From contig PFXI01000063.1 of NCBI GenBank assembly GCA_002791575.1, positions 6,569 to 38,568 of the forward strand: a stretch of DNA of 32,000 nucleotides. The letters run 5' to 3'. Under the pieces are notes generated by a model. It made no database searches. It was not told where the DNA came from and was given only the letters and a program-made list of their open reading frames with translations. Every line of letters begins with the position of its first letter. The first letter of the stretch is position 1. The DNA is from Zetaproteobacteria bacterium CG_4_9_14_3_um_filter_54_145 (GTDB lineage: Bacteria; Pseudomonadota; Zetaproteobacteria; Mariprofundales; Mariprofundaceae). Below, in pieces: positions 1 through 9,796 of this stretch. Position numbers and translations under genes: made by a program.

Positions 1-570
1 AAGCAGCATAAACAGCACAGGACAGTGGATAATTTTAACAACTGGGACTTCCCCGACTTCCTCACAGAAATCGTCCACTTCAATGCCGACGGTAGCGAGC
101 GTGTGTTGTCCGCCGGTGTCAATCCCGCTCTGTCACCGGACGGAAAATGGATCGCATTTGCCATGCCTACAGGCCGCAGCATGCACCTGTTCCGCATGCA
201 CACCGATGGCTCCGAACTGATACAGATTACAGACAGCAGAAGCGAAGATGTACAACCGGCCTGGAGCAGGGATGGCCGCTGGCTGCTGTTCACATCCAAT
301 CGCGCCAACCCTGACCTGCGCCATAGCGAAAAGAGCGAGTGGGATATCTGGCGTATCGGCACCAACGGACGCAACCTGACGCAACTGACCCGCGATCCGG
401 CCCGCGACGGCGGGGCTGCCATGGGCACTGATGGCAAAGTCTACTTTCACTCGGATCGCAAGATCAGCAGCGAGCAGCGAGCAGAGCACCAGATCAAGTC
501 GCACTCAGTCTCCGGCTTCCATATCTGGTCGATCGACCTGCCAAAGCAAGCCGACCCCGTAGCTAACTGA
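1..570 (+). CDS. TolB-like periplasmic beta-propeller (PD40-type repeat) protein, C-terminal part; 5' end lies outside the window
   Basis: The reading frame is open from nt 1, with no stop before the listed GTG at 25. Recurrent SPDGKWIAF, WSRDGRWLLFTSNR and GTDGKVYFHSDR blocks are typical of TolB/PD40 repeats. TGA at 568-570. Confidence 0.7.
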   Translation, partial: KQHKQHRTVDNFNNWDFPDFLTEIVHFNADGSERVLSAGVNPALSPDGKWIAFAMPTGRSMHLFRMHTDGSELIQITDSRSEDVQPAWSRDGRWLLFTSNRANPDLRHSEKSEWDIWRIGTNGRNLTQLTRDPARDGGAAMGTDGKVYFHSDRKISSEQRAEHQIKSHSVSGFHIWSIDLPKQADPVAN

Positions 571-1414
571 AGATAGCTGCCAGCTCTGCGAAACCGTCCT
601 CCAGCTCCACCTCGACAGCGGCCAGATGGGTCTCATTCAGACCCAGCCGCTTCATCGGAGGATAGTGCAGTATATCAATACCTTCCGGCATGATATCGAA
701 GGGCGACGCATGACCTGTTTCCGACAGCAGAAATTGTACGGCATCAATCACATCGATCAGATTTTCACGCGGCCGGTCATCCGCCTCAACACCATGATGG
801 GATGCCAGGGCAATGAAGGCATCCGGCATCTCCCAGTAGGTCAGCAGACGCCCCCCCATCTCGCGGTGTAGCTGTCGCAACAGCTCGTGTCGCTCCTGAT
901 CATCACAGGCGGCGATTTCATCCGGCACCGCACAGATAATTGCAGCCACTCCGACATCGAACAGCATACCGCCCATAAATGCCTCTTCGGGATCGACACT
1001 GCCGACCAGGCGCGCCAGATGCTGGGCCGCGGCCGCTACCAGCAGCGAGTGCTGCGCACTTTCGCGCAACAGCGCCTGCAGATCAGGCGCCTTCACCGCC
1101 AGATGAATCTGTGAGGAGATGGCTGTCATCAACTGCAGTGTGCGCCGCCCGCCCAGGCGCTGGATCGCCATCGACAGATTACGTATCTCAATCCCGGAAG
1201 CCTTGAAACGGGCGCTGTTGGCAATACGCAGTACGGTTGTCGAGAAGGTCGAGTCCGTGGCAATGACCTTGGCAATATCAGCTGCCCCTTTGTCCTTATC
1301 ATTCACCATCTTGCGAACCTTGATGACAGCTTCCGGCAAAACGGGCAGGCGAGCATCCCCCTCCGCGAAGCGACGGCGAATCTCCTGTGCCAGTTTAAAT
1401 GCATCCACACTCAT
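563..1414 (-). CDS. HDOD domain signalling protein
   Basis: 283 aa. The N-terminal LPVLPEAVIKVRKMVND...IAKVIATDSTFSTTVLRIANSARF matches the HDOD signature and the length is typical. The ATG at 1414 overlaps the stop of the upstream ATPase gene (ATGA). The 3' end overlaps the convergent TolB-like gene by 8 nt. Confidence 0.8.
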   Translation of the reverse strand: MSVDAFKLAQEIRRRFAEGDARLPVLPEAVIKVRKMVNDKDKGAADIAKVIATDSTFSTTVLRIANSARFKASGIEIRNLSMAIQRLGGRRTLQLMTAISSQIHLAVKAPDLQALLRESAQHSLLVAAAAQHLARLVGSVDPEEAFMGGMLFDVGVAAIICAVPDEIAACDDQERHELLRQLHREMGGRLLTYWEMPDAFIALASHHGVEADDRPRENLIDVIDAVQFLLSETGHASPFDIMPEGIDILHYPPMKRLGLNETHLAAVEVELEDGFAELAAIFS

Positions 1415-3312
1415 TTTTCATGCCCCATCAACTCATATATTTCTTCGACACTGCGATGCGATACCGCGCGCGGAACAATGCGATACACCTCCTCAACAGT
1501 GGTAAAGCCCAACAGTACTTTGTACAAACCATCCTCCATTAATGACAACAGCTGCGTACTGTCACAACTGATCTTGCGCACCTCTTGTGATGAGCGCCGC
1601 TCCAGAATCGCCGCGCGCACATCTTCATTGAGCACCAGCAGCTCATGCAACGCGGTACGACCATGATAGCCGGTACCATAACAGGTTCCGCACCCAGTAC
1701 CGCGATAGAAGGTATTGGACCTTAACGTGGCATCATCAATACCGATCAGGTTGGCAATACGCTTGTTCGGCATATAAGCCTGCCGACAGTCCGGGCAGAT
1801 GGTGCGAATCAGCCGCTGGGCCAGAATGCTGACCACGGTCGAGGAGATCAGAAACGTTTCAATACCCATATCGATCAGGCGCAACAAGCCGCCGATAGAG
1901 TCCTCGGTATGAAATGTTGTCAGCACCTTGTGCCCTGTCAGGGCAGCCTGCACCGCCACCTGTGCCGATTTCCGGTCCCGCACCTCACCCATGACAATAA
2001 CATCCGGATCCTGACGCACCACGGCCCGCAATGAGTCATCAAAAGAGCGACCGGCAGTTTCATCGACCGAACACTGAATAATCCCCGGCACGATATATTC
2101 GACCGGATCTTCCACCGTAATGATCTTGGTCGTCGGGCGATTGAGATAGTCAATGGCGGCATACAGCGTGGTCGTTTTGCCCGAACCTGTCGGACCGGTA
2201 ATCAGAATAACTCCCGTCGGCGCGTCCAGCGCCTCATGCTTGAACCTGTCCAACAGCCCGCGGCTCATACTGATCTGCTCGATATTCTTCAGTCCACCGG
2301 TGCTGCGAAGCACACGCATCACCATATTTTCGCCATAGATCGTCACATAGGTGGAAACTCGGTAGTCCGCGCTGACATGTCCCACATCGCGACTGAAGCG
2401 ACCATCCTGATGCCGCCGGCTGTCGGAGATATCCATACTTGCCAGCACCTTCAGACGGGCAACCACCCGGTGCGCCAGATCCGGAGGCAGGTCCATCTTG
2501 TGAATCAGCACACCATCCAGGCGCAAGCGGATACGGGTGTGGCTCTCCATCGGTTCAATGTGAATATCGCTGGCGCGCTCGCGGATCGCCGCCAGCAGAA
2601 TACTATCAACAACCTCCGATACCTGATCATGCGGCTCCACACCCTTGCCATCGGCAGCCTCAAGCTTGGAGAGCATCGACAGCAGTGCACTTTCCGCGGC
2701 AATAACAACCACCGCTTTCTTGTGCAGACGGCGTTCAATCTCATCAACAGCGGCATTGTGCAAGGGGTTGGCTGTCGCAATTGAGACACGCGTTGCACTG
2801 GCTTCATAGGGTATGGCCAGATGCATGCGCATGAATTTAACGGCAAATTTTCGCAACAGATCACGATCCGCCATATCCAGATCAATATGAATCAGTGGTA
2901 TGCCCAACTGTTCAGACAGTGCCTGCGCCAGTTGACGATCATCAATCATGCCCAGTTCGCGGAAGATATCGCCCATGCGTTTGCCGGGTGCTCTCCGCAG
3001 CACTGCCTCGGCCTGCTGTAACTGCGCCAGCGTGATATAACCCAATTCGCAAAACAGCTCGCCCAGACGGAAGCTGCGCCCGTGCCTGCACACCAGCCGA
3101 CGGTGTTCGTCCTCCGTCAGCATACCCAACTCGACAAAGATCGTGGAGAGCAGCTTGCTTGCGCCGAGCTTAACCTGCACACGCACGCCTTTTTTCACCT
3201 GCCCGGCAGTAAGCACACCCTCATCCACCAGAATGGCGGCAAAGGTACCACCGGGTTGCTGTGCCAGACCTTCGATATCCTTGCTGCTGCTGCCTTGAGC
3301 ATCGTCGACCAT
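1411..3312 (-). CDS. GspE/PilB/MshE-family secretion or pilus ATPase with an MshEN-like N-terminal region
   Basis: 633 aa. Walker A GPTGSGKTTTLYA, the family-typical Asp/His boxes, and a C-terminal tetracysteine (CPDC...CGTC). Strong SD (AGGAGGG) before the ATG at 3312. N-terminal tandem RLGELFCELGYI.. and RMGDIFRELGMIDDRQLAQALSEQ motifs. Confidence 0.85.
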   Translation of the reverse strand: MVDDAQGSSSKDIEGLAQQPGGTFAAILVDEGVLTAGQVKKGVRVQVKLGASKLLSTIFVELGMLTEDEHRRLVCRHGRSFRLGELFCELGYITLAQLQQAEAVLRRAPGKRMGDIFRELGMIDDRQLAQALSEQLGIPLIHIDLDMADRDLLRKFAVKFMRMHLAIPYEASATRVSIATANPLHNAAVDEIERRLHKKAVVVIAAESALLSMLSKLEAADGKGVEPHDQVSEVVDSILLAAIRERASDIHIEPMESHTRIRLRLDGVLIHKMDLPPDLAHRVVARLKVLASMDISDSRRHQDGRFSRDVGHVSADYRVSTYVTIYGENMVMRVLRSTGGLKNIEQISMSRGLLDRFKHEALDAPTGVILITGPTGSGKTTTLYAAIDYLNRPTTKIITVEDPVEYIVPGIIQCSVDETAGRSFDDSLRAVVRQDPDVIVMGEVRDRKSAQVAVQAALTGHKVLTTFHTEDSIGGLLRLIDMGIETFLISSTVVSILAQRLIRTICPDCRQAYMPNKRIANLIGIDDATLRSNTFYRGTGCGTCYGTGYHGRTALHELLVLNEDVRAAILERRSSQEVRKISCDSTQLLSLMEDGLYKVLLGFTTVEEVYRIVPRAVSHRSVEEIYELMGHEK

Positions 3313-3397
3313 AATCCCTCCTGAACCAACCCTGCCGGAGCAGGATTGGTGCCAAGTTAATTCGTGTGTAAGGAGTAGAAAAAAGGCTCTATCCGCG

Positions 3398-6300
3398 CTA
3401 GCCGGGCTCGCGCTCCATCTCCACTGCTATCATGCGGGAGACGCCCGGTTCCGGCATGGATACGCCAACCAGTCGATCGGCTTTCTGCATGGTGATCTTG
3501 TTATGTGTGATCGCCATAAACTGAACCCGGTCAGCCAGATCGCGTATCATATCGCAAAAACGACCGACGTTGGCATCATCCAGTGGCGCATCTACCTCGT
3601 CCAGCACGCAGAACGGCGCGGGCTTGATACGGAAAATGGCAAAGACCAGCGCCACAGCTGTCAGCGCCTTCTCTCCGCCTGAGAGCAGGCCTATATCCTG
3701 CAGACATTTTCCCGGTGGCTGGGCAATCACCTCCACACCCGCTGTCAGTACATCATCGGAATCCAGACGCAGCTGGGCCCGTCCACCGCCAAACAACTGC
3801 GGAAAAGTCTGCTGGAAGATGGCATTGGTCTGGTCAAACACCTCGCGAAAACGCTGGCGGGTAGTGCGGTCAATGCGCACGATGGTATCGTTCAATGTCG
3901 ACAGGCTCGCGTCAAGATCAGCCGCCTGCCCGGCCAGAAAACGCTCCCGCTCGCCGGCTTGCTCAAACTCACCTATGGCCAGCAGATTGACCGGCCCGAA
4001 ACGGGCCAGCCGCTCGCCCAGATCCCGACTACGCGTCATAACCACCTCGGCATCCGCGCCGGCAATATCGACAGCCGCCAGCAGTGCCGCAGCTGTCTGC
4101 CGGCAGCGCTGCTTAATTTCGCTTTCCAGCTCCTGCAAACGAGTCACATCCTGAGCCAGAGCTAGCTCAATGCGCTGGCATGCCATGGCACGCTGCTGGC
4201 GCAGGTCTCTGGCATGCCGTTCAGCCTGCTCGGCGGCATGCGCATGCTGTTGCTGCTCATGCCCCTGCTGACGCACGTGATTCATCGCTATATGCGCTTG
4301 CTCCACCCTGCCTGCAGCCGCATCGATCTGCGCATCCAGATCGGAGTGGCGGTTGGCCTGCAACAGCTCCAGCGCTACCCGCGCCAACCGATCTGTATCC
4401 GACTCTCTCTGGGCAAGCAGTCGCTCCCTCTCATCGAGCAAGCGCTGCAACTGCTGGCGCAGGTTGTCTGTTGCCTGCACAAACAGAGCCAGTGATTGCT
4501 CGGATGCAGCCAACAGCGAACGGGCCTGATTCAATCCCTGCTCGCAGATCTGCATCTGCGTGTGGCGCTCATCGAGAGCGGCCTTTGCCCGGTTCAGTTT
4601 GCCGTCATCAATATCCTGCGCCTGTTCAAATTGCTGCTGCCAGTGCCGCTGTTGTTTTGTCACATCATCCAGATCGACCAGCAAACGCTGCAGGCGCTGA
4701 TCCTGCGCCGTTAACTCAACCTGCAACTGTGCAACCGTCGCTGCTGCAGTCTGTGCCCCACTGTCTCCGGAGCTCTTGTCCAGATGAGCCTGCTGCCACT
4801 GCTGCTGTTGCCGCGCAAGCCTGGCCTCTGCCTGCGCAAAGCTTGCGCGCACCACAGCCAGTGCCTGGCCGGCGGCATCCTGCAGTTGCTGCTGCTCTGT
4901 AAGCTGCCTTTTCATGGCCATACGCCTGGCCGTGCGGTTGCCAACGGGCGGCACCAGCCAGCCTTCCGGCTCATAACGCCAGCCATCGCGGCTGACGCAT
5001 GCCACCCCCGAACCGACAGCCTGCTCTATCCGCTCAACCAGAAATACCGGCGAAAATACCGCACGCAACGGGTCATCTGCACTCAGTCCAATAGCATCCG
5101 CCAGCAGGCGGCCGCCATCGGGAGTAGTTGTCAAAGGTGACCTCTGTCGATCTGCGACAAATATCGCCACTGGTGCTGCCGATGCCTGCTCGATGAGTGA
5201 CGGCCACTGATCACGATCATGGTCGGCCGGCACAAGGGCATCGGCGGAGCGCCCGCGCAAAGCTGCGGCGACTGCCGCCTCCAGACCTTCCGGTACATGC
5301 AGCGCCTCATCCATCCACACCGCGCCCTGCCCTTTCAGGGTATCACGCAAGGCGTCAGGCACATCCTGACTGCGTGTGCGCGCTGCCAGCTCCAGCACCA
5401 GACCTGTGCGCTCGCGCAGTAGTGCTTCGGCTTCAGCCAGTGAACAGGCCGCCTGCTCGCGCGCCTGGCGGCAACACTCCAGCTCCTCTGTTGCCAGCGC
5501 CAGCACGTCTCTACTCTCGGCCTGAGTCTGCAGCGCCGTGTTTAACAACTGCTCACTCTCGCTCAGCCGGTGTGAAACGGATCGCTGTTGATGCTGCGTC
5601 TGTTTTAACTGCTCATCCAGCTGCTCCTGCCGCTGTGCTAATCGCTGCATGGCTGCCGCCGCCTGTTCACGCCGCTGCTCTATCTGCTCCCGATCATGTT
5701 TCAGCCGTTCATATTCTGCCAGCAACCTATCGCGCTCGGCACTCTGTTGACGATAACCCTGTAACGCGTTCTGCACAGCAGTTGCAGCCTCTGTGCGCTC
5801 TGCCTGCAGCAGCGTATCGTCCTGCAAATCCAGTGCGGCCTGCGCCTGCTCCAGGTCACCCGTAACCCGCCGGATATGCGCGTTACCCTCTTCTATGCGG
5901 GCTTCCAGAGCATGCTGCCGCTCACTGAGCAATCGTCGCTCACCGGCCATGCGCTCGGCCTGCTGCTGCAGGTCTGCCCGTTGCTGTTCAGCCACACGCA
6001 ATTGCTGCTGAATTTCCTGCGCCTGCTCATCAAACAGCTGCACCTGCGCACGCGCCTCAATACTGACTCGCTCGCAGCCGCTTAACCTGCCGACAGCTTC
6101 CGCCTCATCATGCCGGGCACGACTTAGCTGCTGCTCAATGCCGGCGCTGTTCTCCTGCAGGGCCGCATAGCGTAGCGCCAGCGCCAGCGACTGCAGATGA
6201 GCCATCTCATCCTGCATGCTGCGGAATCGCTCCGCGCGTGAGGCCTGCTGCTTCAGGCTGCGGCACTGGGCGCGCACCTCTTCCAGCAGATCCAGCACAC

Positions 6301-6874
6301 GATCGAGGTTCTGTCGGGTATCTTTCATACGTCGTTCGGCTTCACGGCGACGTGTGCGGTACTTCATCACACCTGCCGCCTCTTCAAAAATGACACGCCG
6401 CTCTTCCGGCCGGGCGGTCACCATGCGGGCAATAGAACCCTGCTCGACAATGGCATAGGCGCGGGTGGAGATGCCCGTATCGAGAAACAGATCAATAATA
6501 TCCTTCAGCCGCACCATCTTGCCGTTGATGAATGCATCGGAGCCGCCCTCGCGCACCATGCGCCGGCGCACGGATATCTCTTCCAGTTCGTGATACGGTG
6601 GCGCCAGTGCGCCTTGCTCAACAGTAAAAGTAAGCTCAACGTCACAAACCGAAACAGGGGGGCGAGTGTCGGAACCCTGAAAGATCAGATCATCCATCAC
6701 TCCACCGCGCAGATGGCGGGCCGAATGCTCACCCAGCACCCAACGCAGGGCGTCAATGATATTGGACTTGCCACAGCCATTGGGACCTACGATCGCGGTG
6801 ATTCCCTCACCCAGCTCAATGCGGGTGGGATCAACAAAGGACTTGAAACCGGCCAGCTCAATACGCTTGAGCCG
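3398..6874 (-). CDS. smc: Chromosome partition protein SMC
   Basis: Canonical N-terminus MRLKRIELAGFKSF...GPNGCGKSNIIDALRWVLGE, a very long Q/E/A/R-rich coiled coil, and C-terminal LSGGEKALTAVALVFAIF...LDEVDAPLD. I place the start at the MRLK Met (6874) rather than the ORF-track Met at 6928. Confidence 0.95.
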   Translation of the reverse strand, partial: RLKRIELAGFKSFVDPTRIELGEGITAIVGPNGCGKSNIIDALRWVLGEHSARHLRGGVMDDLIFQGSDTRPPVSVCDVELTFTVEQGALAPPYHELEEISVRRRMVREGGSDAFINGKMVRLKDIIDLFLDTGISTRAYAIVEQGSIARMVTARPEERRVIFEEAAGVMKYRTRRREAERRMKDTRQNLDRVLDLLEEVRAQCRSLKQQASRAERFRSMQDEMAHLQSLALALRYAALQENSAGIEQQLSRARHDEAEAVGRLSGCERVSIEARAQVQLFDEQAQEIQQQLRVAEQQRADLQQQAERMAGERRLLSERQHALEARIEEGNAHIRRVTGDLEQAQAALDLQDDTLLQAERTEAATAVQNALQGYRQQSAERDRLLAEYERLKHDREQIEQRREQAAAAMQRLAQRQEQLDEQLKQTQHQQRSVSHRLSESEQLLNTALQTQAESRDVLALATEELECCRQAREQAACSLAEAEALLRERTGLVLELAARTRSQDVPDALRDTLKGQGAVWMDEALHVPEGLEAAVAAALRGRSADALVPADHDRDQWPSLIEQASAAPVAIFVADRQRSPLTTTPDGGRLLADAIGLSADDPLRAVFSPVFLVERIEQAVGSGVACVSRDGWRYEPEGWLVPPVGNRTARRMAMKRQLTEQQQLQDAAGQALAVVRASFAQAEARLARQQQQWQQAHLDKSSGDSGAQTAAATVAQLQVELTAQDQRLQRLLVDLDDVTKQQRHWQQQFEQAQDIDDGKLNRAKAALDERHTQMQICEQGLNQARSLLAASEQSLALFVQATDNLRQQLQRLLDERERLLAQRESDTDRLARVALELLQANRHSDLDAQIDAAAGRVEQAHIAMNHVRQQGHEQQQHAHAAEQAERHARDLRQQRAMACQRIELALAQDVTRLQELESEIKQRCRQTAAALLAAVDIAGADAEVVMTRSRDLGERLARFGPVNLLAIGEFEQAGERERFLAGQAADLDASLSTLNDTIVRIDRTTRQRFREVFDQTNAIFQQTFPQLFGGGRAQLRLDSDDVLTAGVEVIAQPPGKCLQDIGLLSGGEKALTAVALVFAIFRIKPAPFCVLDEVDAPLDDANVGRFCDMIRDLADRVQFMAITHNKITMQKADRLVGVSMPEPGVSRMIAVEMEREPG

Positions 6875-6980
6875 CATCAGCCAGACCGGCCCCATAACGT
6901 ATATTCTCTCTCCCGAAACATCATGCAAGCGTCGCAGGAAAACGGTGTCAGATCAAGAAAACGGATAACATTTAGGTGTT

Positions 6981-7118
6981 AAAGAAGGGTTCTTCGCGTA
7001 TTTTCGGGAAGAATCCATTGCCTTGCAGAAGGTAGTCATGATCTGTTTTGCACGCGCATACATGCACTTGTTCTTTCCTGACAATTCACTGCTGCCAAGA
7101 ATCAGAGTCACAAGCATT
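6981..7118. repeat. Conserved ~140-nt repeat module (copy a), joined to a hairpin element
   Basis: Aligns by eye at high identity with 12813-12951. A shared core is ..GAAGGTAG(T/C)CATGATCTGTTTTGCACGCGCATACATG(C/T)ACTT(G/A)TTCTTTCCTGAC.. Confidence 0.8.
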
Positions 7119-7287
7119 TCACCGCAGAGGACGCAAAGGAGCGCAAAGGAAAAGCAAGGCAATATAAGTAGAATGCACATCATGCTGTGACCGGCTCGCG
7201 CATGAGTATCCGGCTTGTCCGAGTCGTGGCGTGCCAGAGGCTATATTCATATTCGCCTTTCCTCTGCGCTCCTATGCGGTGAGTGCC
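7119..7287. repeat. IVS-like long inverted-repeat (hairpin) element, copy a
   Basis: Left arm TCACCGCAGAGGACGCAAAGGAGCGCAAAGGAAAAGC (7119-7155). Right arm GCCTTTCCTCTGCGCTCCTATGCGGTGAG (7255-7283) is its imperfect reverse complement. The loop is about 95 nt. Confidence 0.8.
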
Positions 7288-7310
7288 TTTGACTATCGCG
7301 CACCGGGAGT

Positions 7311-8003
7311 TCAGGTGCTTGCCTCTCCACGCTTGAGCAGATGATTCATCATCAACACACTGACCAGGCAGGAGGTGAAGCTGGATGCAATAATCATGTA
7401 GAGCACGACCAGCTGGGCAACCGCAGCATCCAGCGCTGCGGCGCCGGCCAACACCATGCCGACAAAGATACCGGGCATATGCACCAGCCCGACCACACGC
7501 AATGTATCAATCGTCGGAATCATCGCCGTCTTCATGCCTTCGCCAACCACGCTGCCCGATTTCATCCTCTCAAACATAATCGATACGGCATTCATACCAT
7601 TAGCAGCAATCATACTGCCCAGCGGCACCAGCGTACGGGTATCATCACCAATGGCGCCTGTGAAGGCCAGCCAGGGCAGTGTCAGCAGGCAGCCGCAAAT
7701 CAGGCCTGTTGCTGCAGCCAGCCATGTGGTCGCCTTGCCATCATAGTGGCTGGCACTGTTGTGCGCGGCCAGCACGCAGAAGCCGGCAATCAAAGCGGCC
7801 TGTGCCATATGGGAGCTGATATCAAAAATCCAGTGCAGCACAAATGCCAGTGCCAACAGCTGCAACAGCCCGCGCGCCGAGGCAATCAGCATGCGCTTCG
7901 ACAGCCCCATCTGCTCACGTCTGGCCCACAAAGCCACGCCGGCCAGCAGCATCCACGCTGCCAGCAGTTTGATCAGCATATCGAGCATATCGGCATCCAG
8001 CAT
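7311..8003 (-). CDS. UPF0014/FetB(YbbM)-family ABC-type permease
   Basis: Polytopic membrane protein. IPTIDTLRVVGLVHMPGIFVGMVLAG resembles the conserved UPF0014 block. Start placed at the ATG at 8003, preceded by GGAGGA, rather than at 8027. No partner ATPase gene is adjacent. Confidence 0.6.
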   Translation of the reverse strand: MLDADMLDMLIKLLAAWMLLAGVALWARREQMGLSKRMLIASARGLLQLLALAFVLHWIFDISSHMAQAALIAGFCVLAAHNSASHYDGKATTWLAAATGLICGCLLTLPWLAFTGAIGDDTRTLVPLGSMIAANGMNAVSIMFERMKSGSVVGEGMKTAMIPTIDTLRVVGLVHMPGIFVGMVLAGAAALDAAVAQLVVLYMIIASSFTSCLVSVLMMNHLLKRGEAST

Positions 8004-8203
8004 ATTTCCTCCAGCATGGGTGATCATTGCATCATAGTAGCGCCCTGTATGGCATCAGTCTCGGGCAGGAGCGGCACTGACCCCCCGGCCACCGCCTGTT
8101 CTTTCTGTTTCGCTTGGATGCTGCAATAGATAATTAGGGATAGCACGCGCCAGAGAGAATAGATAACCTTCGCTGCATGCATATTTTACTTACAACAGGG
8201 CAT

Positions 8204-8232
8204 AAAAAAACCGGACGCAATAATGCGCCCGG
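8204..8232 (-). terminator. Intrinsic terminator downstream of tRNA-Ala
   Basis: On the minus strand: CCGGGCGC-ATTATT-GCGTCCGG followed by TTTTTTT. Confidence 0.75.
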
Positions 8233-8241
8233 TTGTCTATT

Positions 8242-8317
<76 letters not shown>

Positions 8318-8358
8318 GAAGGACGCGCATTTAAGCGCGCTCACTCAGGCTTGTCAAC

Positions 8359-9795
8359 ATGAACACGCCGATGCATCTGTTCAGGCGCACCCTCTCTGCC
8401 GATTGCCTGACTCCGCCGGGCCTTTTCTCACGCATGGTGGAGCGCGGCGACTGCTTCCTGTTTGAATCTGCCGAAGGCGGTGAGCAGTGGGGCCGCTACA
8501 GCATTCTCGGTATCAATCCCGCCTGCCGTGCGACAGCGGACGGTAATCAGACACGTCTGCACTACCGCGACGGCCGTGAAGAGTGCTATGAAGGCGATAT
8601 TCTCGCATGGCTGCGCGAGCACGTGCTGGATGAATCCTTTCTGGCCGAAGATGATCTGCCCTTTGCCGGCGGTGCCGTCGGCTATTTCGGTTATCAGCTA
8701 GTGTCACACTTTGAAGATATTCCGGCCGACCTGCCGGATCCTGTCGGCGCTCCTGAATCAGCCTGCCTGCTGGTCGATCGTTTCATGGTCTTCGACAACC
8801 TGCGCGGCACGCTGACCTGCTGCGTGCGCCTGCCTGCAAATCAGGCAGAGGCCGCTGAAACAGCCCTGAACCGCATGGAGGCAAGCCTCAATGAAGGTGA
8901 GGTAGCCAGCGTACTGAGGCTCGATGCCGATACATCGTTGATCGCAGCACCCCAGGCGCAAACCTCTCAGGCCGATTTTGAGGCGGCGGTAAGCAAGGCG
9001 CGTGAATACATTCTGGCCGGTGACATTTTCCAGGTGGTACTCAGCCAGCGCTTTTCACGCCCGTTAAACTGCGCACCATTCGATATCTATCGTGCCGTTC
9101 GCCATATCAATCCGTCTCCCTATCTATTCTACCTGCATATCGGCGACACCATTCTGGTCGGCTCTTCGCCGGAGATTCTGGTACGTCGAGATATGAACAA
9201 AGCGGTGGTTCGCCCTATCGCCGGCACCCGCCCGCGCGGCAAAACTGCAGCGGAAGACAAAGCGCTGGAGCTCGAGCTGCTGGCCGACGCCAAAGAGCGC
9301 GCCGAGCACGTGATGCTGGTGGATCTGGGCCGCAATGATCTCGGTCGCGTCTGCCAATATGGCACGGTAGAGCTGACATCCTCAATGGTGATCGAGCGTT
9401 ATTCTCATGTCATGCATATTGTCTCCCAGGTTGAAGGCATCCTGCGTGATGATGTTGACTCACTCGACCTGCTGGCAGCCACATTCCCGGCCGGCACCGT
9501 ATCCGGTGCCCCCAAGGTGAGAGCGATGGAGATCATTCATGAGCTGGAGCCTGTAGCACGCGGCCCGTATGCGGGTACCGTCGGCTATATCGGCTTTGGT
9601 GGCCAGCGCATGGATACAGCAATCGCGATTCGCACCGCGGTTATCCACGGTAATGAGGTACATATCCAGGCCGGTGCCGGCATCGTCGCCGATTCGATAC
9701 CCGAGCGAGAGCACATCGAATGCGTGAACAAAGCCACGGCGATGTTCCGTGCCGTGGCACTGGCAGAAGCACAACCGAAAGGGAGAAAGGTGTAA
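8359..9795 (+). CDS. trpE: Anthranilate synthase component I
   Basis: 478 aa. LTP..LF...[19 protein letters not shown] near the N-terminus, and the C-terminal chorismate-binding signature [15 protein letters not shown]...[13 protein letters not shown]. Confidence 0.95.
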   Translation: MNTPMHLFRRTLSADCLTPPGLFSRMVERGDCFLFESAEGGEQWGRYSILGINPACRATADGNQTRLHYRDGREECYEGDILAWLREHVLDESFLAEDDLPFAGGAVGYFGYQLVSHFEDIPADLPDPVGAPESACLLVDRFMVFDNLRGTLTCCVRLPANQAEAAETALNRMEASLNEGEVASVLRLDADTSLIAAPQAQTSQADFEAAVSKAREYILAGDIFQVVLSQRFSRPLNCAPFDIYRAVRHINPSPYLFYLHIGDTILVGSSPEILVRRDMNKAVVRPIAGTRPRGKTAAEDKALELELLADAKERAEHVMLVDLGRNDLGRVCQYGTVELTSSMVIERYSHVMHIVSQVEGILRDDVDSLDLLAATFPAGTVSGAPKVRAMEIIHELEPVARGPYAGTVGYIGFGGQRMDTAIAIRTAVIHGNEVHIQAGAGIVADSIPEREHIECVNKATAMFRAVALAEAQPKGRKV

Positions 9796-9796
9796 C

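Noticed and set aside
3325-3350. Hairpin CCAACCCTGC-CGGA-GCAGGATTGG between smc and the ATPase gene as a terminator
   Set aside because: No U-tract follows it on the minus strand, and it lies immediately upstream of the SD of the ATPase gene. Read-through is likely.
3570-6982. Many 60-240-aa ORFs on the plus strand (for example 4180-4902, 5197-5865, 6590-6982)
   Set aside because: All lie inside and antisense to smc. They are Ala/Arg/Pro-rich artefacts of the GC-rich coiled-coil coding sequence.
6953-7183. 76-aa minus-strand ORF (and 12931-13131 on the plus strand)
   Set aside because: They are made of repeat module and hairpin-arm sequence (for example ..LLCVLCGE.. is the translated arm). 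The paralogous copy does not preserve the full frame. They are treated as repeat DNA, and the short conserved sub-frame is reported separately as a low-confidence observation.
7341-8129. 262-aa plus-strand ORF
   Set aside because: It is antisense to the FetB-like permease. The His/Gln/Arg-rich product is typical of a GC-rich antisense frame.
8318-8358. trp leader peptide or attenuator upstream of trpE
   Set aside because: Only 41 nt separate trpE from the divergent tRNA. There is no Trp-codon leader ORF and no alternative hairpins beyond a 4-bp GCGC stem.
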